The notes under the pieces are model-generated. The model did not search any database. It had not been told where the DNA came from and saw only the letters and a list, made by a program, of their open reading frames with translations. A DNA stretch of 51,440 nucleotides from a virus (lineage: Duplodnaviria > Caudoviricetes), in IMG/VR virus record IMGVR_UViG_3300033076_000202, positions 1 to 51,440 of that record; one strand, given 5' to 3'. Positions 8,897 through 19,162 of the stretch are shown here, one piece after another. The position numbers and the translations under genes were made by a program. Within the stretch, counting starts at the first letter, position 1; every line of letters begins with the position of its first letter.

Positions 8897-9570
8897 TGAA
8901 CGAGTCTTACGTTTACATGCTGGTTGATCCTCGGAACAATCAGCCTTTCTATGTCGGAAAAGGCAGGGGCAATCGTTGCCGCTTCCATTTAGACGAAGCC
9001 AAGTACTACACCAAACGCAAGTCATTAAAGCTGAACAAAATCCGCAAGTTGTTTTCACTTGGCATGGAGCCGACCATCATAAAGGTGGAAGAAAACGTGA
9101 CGGATGCTCAAGCGATTGATTTGGAAGTGCTGTTGATTGCTGAGATGCGGGACATTGGCATTCCGTTGACAAACATGACGGATGGTGGCGATGGTGCGCA
9201 GGGTTACAAGCACAGCGAAGCACACAAACAACATGCTTCCAAAAGTCAAATTGGACGTATATTTTCTGAAGAGACAAAACAGAAAATGCGCAAGCCAAGA
9301 ACGGAAGAAGCCAAAGCTAGTATGGCAAAAGCCAGATTGTCGATGACATATCGTCCTACGGCTGAGCACAAACGCAGATTGTCTGAATCATTGCTTGGTC
9401 GCCCAAGTCCGATGCGGGGCAAAACACAATCTGCTGAAGCGCGTGCAAAAATGAGCGAACAACGCAAGGGTATTCCAAAGCCAAAAATTGAATGCCCACA
9501 CTGCCATAAATTGGTAGCAGTCAACACAGCCAAACGCTGGCATTTTGACAACTGCAAAGACAAGGAATAA
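8893..9570 (+). CDS. Free-standing GIY-YIG homing endonuclease with NUMOD3-type repeats
   Basis: YVYMLVDPRNNQPFYVGKG...R, E...I, LTNMTDGGDG; repeats HSEAHK, FSEETKQKM, QSAEARAKMS; C-terminal CPHC; more AT-rich than its neighbours. Confidence 0.85.
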   Translation: MMNESYVYMLVDPRNNQPFYVGKGRGNRCRFHLDEAKYYTKRKSLKLNKIRKLFSLGMEPTIIKVEENVTDAQAIDLEVLLIAEMRDIGIPLTNMTDGGDGAQGYKHSEAHKQHASKSQIGRIFSEETKQKMRKPRTEEAKASMAKARLSMTYRPTAEHKRRLSESLLGRPSPMRGKTQSAEARAKMSEQRKGIPKPKIECPHCHKLVAVNTAKRWHFDNCKDKE

Positions 9571-9572
9571 AC

Positions 9573-11513
9573 ATGCCGCTTCAGGAAACAACAGGTAATA
9601 TATCAGCCGACGCATATGCAGGTGGCGTGGCTGCGGTTCCTAATTATATAGAGTCATGTTTCAGTACGTACCTCTACACCGGCACTGGCGCTGCTCAGAC
9701 GATCACCAACGGGATTGATCTGGCGGGTAAAGGTGGCTTGGTGTGGACGAAACCCAGGGATAGGGCAACAAGCCACACTTTGTTTGACACCCTTCGTGGA
9801 ACGGGAAAAATCCTTTATTCAGACGCAACTGTTGCACAATCAACGGATACCAACTCACTAACGGCTTTTAACTCCAATGGCTTTAGCTTGGGGGTCAGCG
9901 GTCAAAGCAACGCAAGCCCTTACAACTTTGTCTCCTGGACCTTCCGCAAGCAGCCGAAGTTCTTTGATGTGGTGACGTGGAGCGGCGACGGAGCAACCCC
10001 TCGCAATATTGCGCACTCTCTTGGGTCTGTCCCCGGCTGCATCATCGTCAAATGCACTTCAACGGTGACAGACTGGGCGGTTTACCACCAGTCAATCGGA
10101 AATGACTACAGACTGAAATTAAACGTCACTGATGCTCAGCAGGCGACGGGAAACACTTGGGCAAACACAACCCCGACAAGCACGGTCTTCACGGTCGGGA
10201 ATAACGGCGCAGTGAACGATCCTGGGCAAACCTACGTTGCCTACCTGTTCGCCCACAACGCAGGCGGCTTTGGTCTGACTGGCACGGACAATGTGATTTC
10301 GTGTGGGTCGTTTACGACTGATGGTTCTGGTAACTTTTCAGTCAATCTTGGTTACGAGCCACAATTTGTGATGTACAAAGGTGTGGCTGGCGGCGCATGG
10401 ATTATGTTGGACACCATGCGAGGTATGTCATTGGCTTCTGGTGCAGATGCGTATTTACAAGCGCAATCTTCCGCAGCAGAAGCAACATCTTCTGTGATAA
10501 GCCCAACAGCCACAGGCTTTCAAAACGATCCAACTGGATTTAATGCTTCTCTCACCTACATCTACATCGCCATCCGTCGCGGCCCGATGAAAGTGCCTAC
10601 GGATGGGACTAAGGTGTTTAAGCCAAGTGCGGTGTCTGCCGATAACACAACAATTTCTACTGGTTTTCCTGTTGATTTGGCGCTTGGAAATTTAAGAACA
10701 GGAACAGCCGCAAACACAACATCACTTGATCGATTGCGTGGCTCAGATCGAATGCTTGTAACTTCTGCAACAAGTGCTGAATCAAGTTCTGGTTCTGGAA
10801 ATTATGTGTTTGATGACAATACGGGATACCAACCTGATTTCTTTCTCACAGGCTCTATTATTTGGTACGCAATGAGACGCGCCCCCGGCTTCTTTGATGA
10901 GGTGTGCTACACGGGTGATGCAACGATGAATCGTGCTCTGTCACATAATTTGGCAGTGTCGCCCGAGCTCATCATTGCCAAATCAAGGAGCGTGTCTGGA
11001 AACTGGGCCGTGTTCTCGCAAATCAATGCGTCGAATTACAAAGTGAATTATCTGCAAACCACCGCAGCGTCAAGCTCTGGTGTGTATGGCGGAAGCGGTA
11101 CGGGGCTTTATTCGCAACCAACTTCATCTGCTGTGTACCTTGATGATGCGGGGTATGTGAATGGTTCTGGGTTTACATATGCCATGTACCTCTTTGCTTC
11201 CTGCCCCGGCGTGAGCAAGGTGGGAAGCTATACGGGCAACGGAAGCACACAGACCATCAATTGTGGCTTTACTGGCGGCGCTCGATTCGTGCTCATCAAG
11301 CGTACAGACAGTACTGGCGATTGGTATGTTTACGATACAGCACGCGGCATGACAACTCTGACAGACCCGTACCTGTTGCTGAACAGCACGGCTGCTGAAT
11401 CTGCAACGCTTGGCTCTGTTACCACCGTCACCACCGGGTTCGCACTGAACGCCGCTATTTTGGCGGCAATCAACACCAACGGCGCAAGCTACATTTTCTT
11501 GGCGATAGCCTGA
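9573..11513 (+). CDS. Receptor-binding/distal tail fibre protein with internal repeats
   Basis: Repeated units (PKFFDVVTWSGDG / PGFFDEVCYTGD; ISCGSFT / SKVGSYTGNG; YIYIAI / YIFLAI); followed by a fibre chaperone. Confidence 0.72.
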   Translation: MPLQETTGNISADAYAGGVAAVPNYIESCFSTYLYTGTGAAQTITNGIDLAGKGGLVWTKPRDRATSHTLFDTLRGTGKILYSDATVAQSTDTNSLTAFNSNGFSLGVSGQSNASPYNFVSWTFRKQPKFFDVVTWSGDGATPRNIAHSLGSVPGCIIVKCTSTVTDWAVYHQSIGNDYRLKLNVTDAQQATGNTWANTTPTSTVFTVGNNGAVNDPGQTYVAYLFAHNAGGFGLTGTDNVISCGSFTTDGSGNFSVNLGYEPQFVMYKGVAGGAWIMLDTMRGMSLASGADAYLQAQSSAAEATSSVISPTATGFQNDPTGFNASLTYIYIAIRRGPMKVPTDGTKVFKPSAVSADNTTISTGFPVDLALGNLRTGTAANTTSLDRLRGSDRMLVTSATSAESSSGSGNYVFDDNTGYQPDFFLTGSIIWYAMRRAPGFFDEVCYTGDATMNRALSHNLAVSPELIIAKSRSVSGNWAVFSQINASNYKVNYLQTTAASSSGVYGGSGTGLYSQPTSSAVYLDDAGYVNGSGFTYAMYLFASCPGVSKVGSYTGNGSTQTINCGFTGGARFVLIKRTDSTGDWYVYDTARGMTTLTDPYLLLNSTAAESATLGSVTTVTTGFALNAAILAAINTNGASYIFLAIA

Positions 11514-11525
11514 TAGGAGCAACAA

Positions 11526-11972
11526 ATGGAAATCCGAATCCGCGCCACTGGCGCAGTGATGTTTGAAAGCGAACTGCGGGCCTACCTGCGCGCCAACAAC
11601 GGGCCGTCCTACGACCAACTGACCCCGGAGGTCATGGAGGCGATTGGCGTCGATCCCGTACTTGAAGGCCCGCAAGCTCAGCCCACTCGTTACCAAGTTG
11701 CATTCCGCGACGGCGTGGAACAGATCGACGGCGCTTGGTACACCAAGTATTCCGTGACCGACATGGACGCCGAAGCCATTGCCGCAACAGACGACGCGCA
11801 AGCACAGTCGGTGCGCGACCAGCGCAAGGCTAAGCTCGCTGAGTGTGACTGGACACAAGTTGCCGACTCCCCCGTGGACAAAGCGGCTTGGGCAGCGTAC
11901 CGACAAGCGTTGCGCGACATCACCGCGCAAGCTGGCTTCCCTTGGGACATCAACTGGCCTGTGGCTCCCTGA
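11526..11972 (+). CDS. Tail fibre assembly chaperone
   Basis: RDQRKAKLAECDWTQ...WAAYRQALRDIT...GFP...WPVAP signature. Confidence 0.88.
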   Translation: MEIRIRATGAVMFESELRAYLRANNGPSYDQLTPEVMEAIGVDPVLEGPQAQPTRYQVAFRDGVEQIDGAWYTKYSVTDMDAEAIAATDDAQAQSVRDQRKAKLAECDWTQVADSPVDKAAWAAYRQALRDITAQAGFPWDINWPVAP

Positions 11973-11980
11973 GGCGGGTG

Positions 11981-12406
11981 ATGGAAGACCGAGAACTGAA
12001 GTTGTTCAAGGCGCAAGCCAAGGCGCAAGCCAAGGCGGAACTCAGCCGCCTGGAAGCGCAGTCGTCTGCCAAAGATGTGGCTGGTAAGGCCATTGGCAAG
12101 CAGGGCTTGTTCTACATTGCGTTTATCGTGGTGGTTGCTGTCACCGCCAGTTTGGCGCTCGAAGCTGAGAAGGTCGCTGCCGTAATCGGGCTTGCATCCG
12201 CCGCCCTGACGGCCCTGATTGCCATGCTCTCCGGCATCGCTGGCGCTTCTCCCAAGCAAGACAAGCCCGAGTTCGAGATCATGCGACAACTCATCGACAA
12301 GCTTTACAAGCTCGACCGCAAGGAGCATCCGATGCGCGTGGACGTGGAAGATGGCAAGGTCACTGTCCGTAAGGGTGATGATATGGTCACCACCACAAAG
12401 GACTGA
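11981..12406 (+). CDS. Two-TM membrane protein (holin/antiholin candidate)
   Basis: Two hydrophobic helices; lies immediately upstream of the endolysin. Confidence 0.55.
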   Translation: MEDRELKLFKAQAKAQAKAELSRLEAQSSAKDVAGKAIGKQGLFYIAFIVVVAVTASLALEAEKVAAVIGLASAALTALIAMLSGIAGASPKQDKPEFEIMRQLIDKLYKLDRKEHPMRVDVEDGKVTVRKGDDMVTTTKD

Positions 12407-12408
12407 AC

Positions 12409-12909
12409 ATGGCTGACTTTGTTCCTGCTTTTGAAAAAATGATCCACGACGAGGGCGGCTACGTCCTGCATGACGTTGAGGGGGACCGGGGCGGAATGAC
12501 TTATGCGGGCATTGCACGCAACATGCAACCGAACTGGCCGGGTTGGGCACACATCGACCGCAAGGAGACTCCTCCGAGCCAGTGTGTGCGCGACTTCTAC
12601 AAGGCGCATTTTTGGGACGACATCAAAGGCGACCAGCTTGCAAACCAGAAAGTTGCTGAGACCATCTTCAACTTCTATGTCAACACCGGCAAGCCAGCAA
12701 AAACCCTGGCACAGATTGTGGTGGGTGCAACTCCCGACGGAGCCATTGGCGACAAGACCGTACAACTCATCAATGAGTTTGATCCGGTGAAGTTTGTGCT
12801 GGCCTATGCGCTGGCCAAGATTGCCAGATACCGCGACATTGTGGCAAAAGACCGCACTCAGATAAAATTCATGTTGGGTTGGATCAACCGAACTTTGGGA
12901 GGTCTGTGA
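12409..12909 (+). CDS. Endolysin, glycoside hydrolase family 108
   Basis: EGGY...D.GG.T..GI catalytic motif; DGAIGDKT; C-terminal GWINR. Confidence 0.88.
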   Translation: MADFVPAFEKMIHDEGGYVLHDVEGDRGGMTYAGIARNMQPNWPGWAHIDRKETPPSQCVRDFYKAHFWDDIKGDQLANQKVAETIFNFYVNTGKPAKTLAQIVVGATPDGAIGDKTVQLINEFDPVKFVLAYALAKIARYRDIVAKDRTQIKFMLGWINRTLGGL

Positions 12910-13328
12910 TGGACTTGCTCGGCATTGGAAGGGTCATTGAAGCGGTTGGCAAGGTGGCTGGCGATCTGGTCACGACCGACAAAGAAAAAATGCAGATGGA
13001 GATCGAGCAGCGCAAACTCGACCTAGAAGAAAAGAAGCTTGCCCAGGCCAACAACATGGCCCAGATTGAAGTCAACAAAATCGAGGCAGCAAGCTCAAGT
13101 CTGTTTGTCTCCGGCTGGCGCCCCTTCATTGGCTGGGGCTGCGGCTTTGCTTTTCTGTACATCGGGATCATGGAGCCGGTTGCCCGGTTTGTGGCCCAGG
13201 TGCTTTGGAACTACACAGGCGGCTTCCCAGAAATCGACCCAACGATTACCATGCAGGTATTGTTCGGCTTGCTTGGTTTGGCCGGAATGCGAACCTACGA
13301 GAAGACACAAAAAGTGGCTTCCAAATAA
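12909..13328 (+). CDS. Holin (GTA 3TM-holin family)
   Basis: QIEVNKIEAAS.SLFVSGWRPFIGW...LLGLAGMRTYEK signature. Confidence 0.82.
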   Translation: MDLLGIGRVIEAVGKVAGDLVTTDKEKMQMEIEQRKLDLEEKKLAQANNMAQIEVNKIEAASSSLFVSGWRPFIGWGCGFAFLYIGIMEPVARFVAQVLWNYTGGFPEIDPTITMQVLFGLLGLAGMRTYEKTQKVASK

Positions 13329-13338
13329 AGGGGTTAAC

Positions 13339-15408
13339 GTGCCACTACAGAAAATCTTGTTTAAGCCCGGAATTAACAGAGAAAATACACGCTACACAAC
13401 TGAAGGCGGGTACTACGAGTGTGACAAAATTCGTTTCCGTCAGGGCAATCCCGAAGTCATCGGTGGCTGGCAGCAGATTTCTGGGTACACCTACCAAGGT
13501 GTTTGCCGCTCCCTGTGGAACTGGGTGACGCTGGGTTTTCTCAATCTCGTAGGTGTCGGAACGAACCTGAAGTTTTACATTGAGCGCGGGGGTTTTTACA
13601 ACGACATCACCCCTATCCGGACAACAACCACGCTGGGGACCAACCCTTTCACCGCCAACGGTACGACTACGGTGACGGTCACTGCTGCATCGCATGGCTG
13701 CGTGACGGGCGATTTTGTGACATTCAGCGGCGCTACGGGTACTTATGCCGCCACTCTAAACGCAGAGTTTCAAGTCACCGTCATCAACGCCAATTCTTAC
13801 ACCATCACCACCCCGTCTGCACTGACTGCGGGTTCGTACGGAGGTTCCGCTGTGGTGGCGGCATACCAACTGAATGTGGGTCCGGCGGCTGCCGTTCCTG
13901 TAGTTGGTTGGGGCGGTGGTGCATGGGGGTCCGGTACGTGGGGGTACGGTACAACCACATACAGCGAGATGCGTTTGTGGAACCAGATGAACTACGGTGA
14001 AGACCTTGTGTTTGGCCCTCGCGGTGGGGGCTTGTACTACTGGGATGCAACCGGCGGTGTCACTACACGCGGCGTGCTTTTGAACAGCCTGGGCGGTACG
14101 GCCACCATCACTATTGCTTCCCCGGCAGTGGTCACATCAACCGTACTCTACACAGAGGGTGCGGCTATCCAGTTCAGCACAACGGGCGCTTTGCCGACTG
14201 GCATCACTGCGGGTACCACGTACTACGTCTTCAACGCAGATGGACTGAGTTTCCAACTACTTGACGCTGCTGGCAGCCTCATCAATACGTCCGGCACGCA
14301 ATCAGGTGTGCACACCATCACCCCGGTGGATGTCCCGCTTGTTCAGAACAATCTGACTGTTTCGGATACTTCGCGGTTTGTCATCGTGTTCGGTACGAAC
14401 GACTACGGCTCCAGCACCCTGGACCCTATGTTGATTCGCTGGTCAAACCAAGACGACATCTACAACTGGACGCCAGACGCCGCAAACCAAGCAGGCAGCC
14501 TGCGGTTGTCACACGGCTCACAAATCATCACCAGCGTGCAAACACGTCAGGAAATTGTCGTCATCACAGATTCCAGTGTGTACTCGTTGCAGTACCTCGG
14601 CCCTCCGTACGTGTGGCAGTCTCAGTTGCTGGGCGACAATATCTCTATAGTCAGCCCTAATGCTGCGGTCATCGCCTCGGGTGTGGTGTACTGGATGGGC
14701 GTGGACAAGTTCTACATGTACGACGGTCGTGTGCAAACGCTCAACTGCGACTTGCGCCGCCATGTGTTCAGCGACATCAATAAATCGCAGCAGTTCCAGG
14801 TGTTTGCTGGAACCAACGAGGGGTTCAACGAGGTTTGGTGGTTCTACTGCTCCACAAATTCCACGACCATCGACAAGTACGTTGTCTACAACTACCTCGA
14901 AAAAGTCTGGTACTACGGCACGATGGGTCGTACCGCTTGGCTCGACTCCGGGCTGCGTGACTACCCCATTGCAGCAACGTACAGCTACAACCTTGTCAAC
15001 CACGAGCAAGGCATCAACGACAACGAGACAAGCACTACGGCTGCGCTTAACGCCTACATTGCCTCGTCTGAGTTTGATATCGGGGACGGGCACAACTTTG
15101 GTTTTGTGTGGCGTATCCTTCCTGATTTGACATTCGAGAACTCCACGGCAGAGCCCACGACAGGCGAGCAGCCCAAGGTGACGATGGAGCTGTACGGCAT
15201 GACCAACTCCGGTTCAGGTGTGACAAGCGATGCGCAGCAACCCGTGCGCAAAAGCAACGCGTACTACATCACCGAGGAATTCACGGGGCAGATTTACACA
15301 CGCTTTCGTGGGCGTCAGATGATCTTCAAGATCAGCTCAAACCAGATCAACACGACGTGGCAGTTGGGCGCTCCGCGAATAGATGTCCGCCAAGACGGCA
15401 GACGCTAG
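13339..15408 (+). CDS. Tail nozzle / DNA-stabilisation protein (P22 gp10 / tubular-B-like)
   Basis: GTG start (MPLQKILFKPGINRE); beta-propeller-like IRWSNQDD and YWMGVDKFYMYDG motifs; C-terminal RFRGRQ...WQLG.PRID..QDGRR. Confidence 0.7.
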   Translation: MPLQKILFKPGINRENTRYTTEGGYYECDKIRFRQGNPEVIGGWQQISGYTYQGVCRSLWNWVTLGFLNLVGVGTNLKFYIERGGFYNDITPIRTTTTLGTNPFTANGTTTVTVTAASHGCVTGDFVTFSGATGTYAATLNAEFQVTVINANSYTITTPSALTAGSYGGSAVVAAYQLNVGPAAAVPVVGWGGGAWGSGTWGYGTTTYSEMRLWNQMNYGEDLVFGPRGGGLYYWDATGGVTTRGVLLNSLGGTATITIASPAVVTSTVLYTEGAAIQFSTTGALPTGITAGTTYYVFNADGLSFQLLDAAGSLINTSGTQSGVHTITPVDVPLVQNNLTVSDTSRFVIVFGTNDYGSSTLDPMLIRWSNQDDIYNWTPDAANQAGSLRLSHGSQIITSVQTRQEIVVITDSSVYSLQYLGPPYVWQSQLLGDNISIVSPNAAVIASGVVYWMGVDKFYMYDGRVQTLNCDLRRHVFSDINKSQQFQVFAGTNEGFNEVWWFYCSTNSTTIDKYVVYNYLEKVWYYGTMGRTAWLDSGLRDYPIAATYSYNLVNHEQGINDNETSTTAALNAYIASSEFDIGDGHNFGFVWRILPDLTFENSTAEPTTGEQPKVTMELYGMTNSGSGVTSDAQQPVRKSNAYYITEEFTGQIYTRFRGRQMIFKISSNQINTTWQLGAPRIDVRQDGRR

Positions 15409-15419
15409 GGTAAACCCGT

Positions 15420-16100
15420 ATGGCAAATACCATCCAAAACCCGGCACCGCCCAACCTCCCGTTGGGCACGGATCAGTACGAACGTCGATACCAAGACCAG
15501 TATTCCAACGTGCTGCGTCTGTACTTCAACCGGCTGCAAAACGCGCTGTCCACCCTGTTCAACAGGTTTGGCGGACGCTACTTGAACTTCCCGTACGTGG
15601 CGGCTTCCGATACCGCCGTGCAGTACGCTACAGCGGCGAATACCCCGACAATCGTCAAGTGGAACACGCTGGATGCAGGTAATGGCTTCACACTGAACGC
15701 AGACAACACGGCAACCGCCCAGGTGCCGGGGCTATACAAGATCACGTACAGCCTTCAGTTTGCGAACACGGACAATACCGCTCATGACGCGATTGTTTGG
15801 CTGCGCATAAACGACTCGACCCCGGCCAACGATGTGCCCGGTTCCACCACAATTTTCACACTTCCGGCCCGGAAAAGTGCGGGCGTTGCAAGCTATGTCT
15901 GCGGCTACTCTGAGGTCGTTTTTGCCATGAACGCGGGGGACACCGTGGGTTTGTGGTGGGGGACCGACGCAGCAGCTTCGTCTGGGGGTGCACTGGGGGT
16001 CCTCATTGACTATCGGGCTGCCCAAACAACCCCCATGCCATACCCGGCAACCCCCTCCGCTATCGGTTCGATTACGTTTGTGTCGAACCTGCCCACATGA
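15420..16100 (+). CDS. Hypothetical tail/virion protein
   Basis: PPNLPL...Y...LRLYFNRL N-terminus followed by a C1q-like beta region. Confidence 0.6.
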   Translation: MANTIQNPAPPNLPLGTDQYERRYQDQYSNVLRLYFNRLQNALSTLFNRFGGRYLNFPYVAASDTAVQYATAANTPTIVKWNTLDAGNGFTLNADNTATAQVPGLYKITYSLQFANTDNTAHDAIVWLRINDSTPANDVPGSTTIFTLPARKSAGVASYVCGYSEVVFAMNAGDTVGLWWGTDAAASSGGALGVLIDYRAAQTTPMPYPATPSAIGSITFVSNLPT

Positions 16101-16130
16101 TACGATCAAAGCATCTTATAGGGTAACATC

Positions 16131-17723
16131 ATGGCAACCCCCTCGATTTCTTACACCCCTGCCCCAGATTCCGAAGGACGGCAGTATGACGATGGTATTT
16201 ATACCATCGACGGAAAGACGGTAAACCCCATTTACGGTACCACCGCTGGTACTGGCGGGGATGACCCTAATGCGGGGGCTCGTTCTGGTATTGCTGGCTT
16301 TTCCGGTGGCATTGAGCATATCAACGGGCGAGATTACACGGCTCAGTACGACGCTTCTGGCAACTTGTTGGGGTATCAACCCTACGCGGGTGAGTCCTTT
16401 TTCAGCAGCACGGTAAAGCCCCTCCTGCCCGTCATCGCCAGTGCACTCGCTCCGGGATTGGGCAATCTTATCGGTGGCGCTACTGGCTTGACCGGCGCTC
16501 AGCTTGCTGCTGCCACAGGGGCAACAACAGGTGGTGGGATTGCCGCCTTGACCGGCCAGGATGTCCTGAAAGGCGCATTGCTTGGTGGCGCCGCTGGGTA
16601 TGCCGGTAGTCAACTCTCACAAGCCCTGAACGCAGGCGTTACAGATGCGGCCACCCTACAAGCCGCTGCCGATGCGGATATTGCTGGTGGTCTATTGCCC
16701 GAGTACGGCACAAACACTGCGTATGACACAGCAATAGCCGACCTGATGGCTAATAGCCCCGGCGCCGTGCAGCAACTCAACGACTTGGTGAACAGCCGTT
16801 TACCCGACAACATCGACGCTGGAGGTGGGTGGAACCCTGCTGCAAATACAACCCCCGATGCGCTTCGCGCCGATAACATTGATGTGGGCGGGGGCTATAA
16901 CCCGGCTACCGGCACTGGGGATGCCGCTACCGCAGCGGCGGCAAATGAAACGGGCGTTACTTCCAGCGCAAGCATACCTACTACGGCGGCAGCGGCGGGG
17001 CTCCCATCACTCTCTACACTCGCAAAACTCGCAAAACTCGCCACTCTGGCAGGGGGTGCAGCAGGGGTTAAATCCCTCATCGACAACCAAGGTAATAACA
17101 CAATCAGCAGCGGAGATGCTTCTGGTCCGCTGTCTGGGTATAAGTTTGACCCATCAAAGTTTCAGGCAACAACTCCTGACCCTGCCATGTTCCGCCCCGG
17201 TGCGGGCATTGTGACCGTTGCGGATGCCTTGCGTGCACAGCAGGCGCAGCCTACTATCAACATGGCCAAGGGTGGCTCGACCAAACCCACCTACTCCACA
17301 AAAGCCCAACTGGCGGCGATGAACCCGTGGGAACGCTCTGTTGCGGAATTGAACAACGCTGCATACGCGGCCCGCATGCCTACTGGTACCGGTGTCCCAC
17401 AAGCGGGTATCGCGCAGCTTGGTCAGTTTGCCCGAGGAGGTATTGCCGATCTTGGCTCCTATTCCGATGGTGGCCGCATGCTCAAGGGTGGCGGTGACGG
17501 TATGAGCGATAGCATCCCTGCGACAATCGGGGGTAAACAGCCAGCACGTCTTGCGGATGGCGAATTTGTTATTCCAGCGGATGTGGTGTCTGGGCTTGGT
17601 AACGGTTCGACCGATGCAGGCGCACGTCAGTTGTACAAGATGCTAGACCGTGTGCGGCAGTCGCGCACCGGCACAAAGAAACAGGGCAAAGAGATCAATG
17701 CCCAAAAACACATGCCCGCGTAA
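16131..17723 (+). CDS. Internal virion/ejection-type protein
   Basis: G/A-rich; C-terminal GGGDGMSDSIPA...LADGEFVIPADVV motif; internal DNIDxGGGxNPA duplication. Confidence 0.65.
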   Translation: MATPSISYTPAPDSEGRQYDDGIYTIDGKTVNPIYGTTAGTGGDDPNAGARSGIAGFSGGIEHINGRDYTAQYDASGNLLGYQPYAGESFFSSTVKPLLPVIASALAPGLGNLIGGATGLTGAQLAAATGATTGGGIAALTGQDVLKGALLGGAAGYAGSQLSQALNAGVTDAATLQAAADADIAGGLLPEYGTNTAYDTAIADLMANSPGAVQQLNDLVNSRLPDNIDAGGGWNPAANTTPDALRADNIDVGGGYNPATGTGDAATAAAANETGVTSSASIPTTAAAAGLPSLSTLAKLAKLATLAGGAAGVKSLIDNQGNNTISSGDASGPLSGYKFDPSKFQATTPDPAMFRPGAGIVTVADALRAQQAQPTINMAKGGSTKPTYSTKAQLAAMNPWERSVAELNNAAYAARMPTGTGVPQAGIAQLGQFARGGIADLGSYSDGGRMLKGGGDGMSDSIPATIGGKQPARLADGEFVIPADVVSGLGNGSTDAGARQLYKMLDRVRQSRTGTKKQGKEINAQKHMPA

Positions 17724-17732
17724 GGAGCAATC

Positions 17733-19160
17733 ATGGCTTATACATCCGCAGACATTCAAGGCTACTTAGCCGCTAACCCCGGTATGTCAGACGCGCAGAT
17801 CGCGTCGGCTATGAACCAGTACGGCGTATCCCCCGAGCAAATGGCGCAGGCCACAGGCATTTCCCAGGCCGACGTGCAGAGCCGGTATAACGCAGCCTCC
17901 CCCACGGGGCAGTTTTTCACACCTCCGACACCGGTTGCAAAAACACCTACGACCACAACTCCAACCACCACTGCACCTATGGGCAGTTCATGGGGCGGCC
18001 AACCTACGACCAACCTGCCCGCGTATTCGATGACAAACCAGCAGCAAGGTATTGCTGGGTACGCACAGCCTTATGTCGGCTCGATGCTTGGCGCCACGAT
18101 GGGCCAGTTGTTCAACACAGACCAGTCCGGCAACGTCACAGGGTTGCGTGGGTACACGCCCTACAGCTACAACCCGGCGGATTACTTTGCGGCAGCTACT
18201 CCATTGCAGCAACAGTCTTATCAGGCCGCAGGCCAGATGCAGACTCCCGGTCAGTACGGCATGGGTACGCAGGCTGCAAACGCAGGCATTCTGAGCGCCC
18301 TTGGTGCGGGCAACCGTTACGGTCAGATGGCCACGGACCCCTACGCTACGGCTGCCTTCATGTCGCCGTACTACCAAAACGTGGTGGACACCCAGATGCA
18401 GCAGGCCAAGCGCCAAGCTGACATCGCGGGTCAAACACAACAAGCACAAGCTGCCAAGTCGGGCGCGTTCGGTGGCGCTCGTGACTACATCCAGCGTTCT
18501 CAGGCTAACGCGGATCTGCAACGCAATCTCGCAAACATTCAAGCAACCGGTTCTCAGAACGCCTACCAGCAAGCCCAGCAGGCGATGCAGAATGTCGCAA
18601 ACTTGGGGCTGCAAGGTGCGCAGGCGGGCATCACTGGCGCAGGACAACTGGGTCAGCTCGGCGCCGGACAACTGGCAGCGCAGACCGGTATCGCTAACTT
18701 GCAAAACCAGTACGGCCAGCAGCAACAGCAGCTCAACCAGAACGTCATCAATCAGGGCGTGCAGAACTACCAGACTGCGCAGCAGTACCCGTACATGCAG
18801 CTTGGCTTCATGCAGAACATGTTGAGTGGTTTGCCGATCACTACGACGGCACAGCAGACTTACCAGCAGGCTCCGAGTTTGACATCTCAGTTGGCTGGTC
18901 TGGCTACGACCGGGCTGGGCCTCAACAGCTTGCTGAAAGACAGCGGCGGCATCTTTGGCAATCTGTCCAGCATTGGTAGTGGTATCAGCAGCGCACTTGG
19001 CTTTGCCGACGGTGGCGAAATCACTATGGCCGACGGTGGCGCCCCCAATCCGGCTTCTGGTCCTGCGGGTCAGTTGGCCTACAACAATGAACCCGTCCTG
19101 AAAATGGCCTCCGGTGGTATCGCTGGGTTGGCTATGGACCGCGCACTGGCAGGAGCTTAA
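17733..19160 (+). CDS. DNA-transfer/pilot-type ejection protein
   Basis: Q/G/A-rich; FMSPY...AAKSGAFGGAR motif; AAGGAG RBS. Confidence 0.65.
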   Translation: MAYTSADIQGYLAANPGMSDAQIASAMNQYGVSPEQMAQATGISQADVQSRYNAASPTGQFFTPPTPVAKTPTTTTPTTTAPMGSSWGGQPTTNLPAYSMTNQQQGIAGYAQPYVGSMLGATMGQLFNTDQSGNVTGLRGYTPYSYNPADYFAAATPLQQQSYQAAGQMQTPGQYGMGTQAANAGILSALGAGNRYGQMATDPYATAAFMSPYYQNVVDTQMQQAKRQADIAGQTQQAQAAKSGAFGGARDYIQRSQANADLQRNLANIQATGSQNAYQQAQQAMQNVANLGLQGAQAGITGAGQLGQLGAGQLAAQTGIANLQNQYGQQQQQLNQNVINQGVQNYQTAQQYPYMQLGFMQNMLSGLPITTTAQQTYQQAPSLTSQLAGLATTGLGLNSLLKDSGGIFGNLSSIGSGISSALGFADGGEITMADGGAPNPASGPAGQLAYNNEPVLKMASGGIAGLAMDRALAGA

Positions 19161-19162
19161 TC

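Noticed and set aside
9573-11513. Diversity-generating retroelement targeting the tail fibre
   Set aside because: No reverse transcriptase and no near-identical TR/VR pair differing at adenines was seen in the window.
12007-12037. 12-bp tandem repeat CAAGGCGCAAGC (also a 9-bp CTCGCAAAA repeat near 17018-17041)
   Set aside because: Short in-frame duplications with no sign of phase variation.
13039-13338. 100-aa N-terminal extension of the nozzle ORF (likewise the track's extensions at 33068, 34351 and 50516)
   Set aside because: These overlap other genes or a structured leader; better starts with RBS or translational coupling exist downstream.
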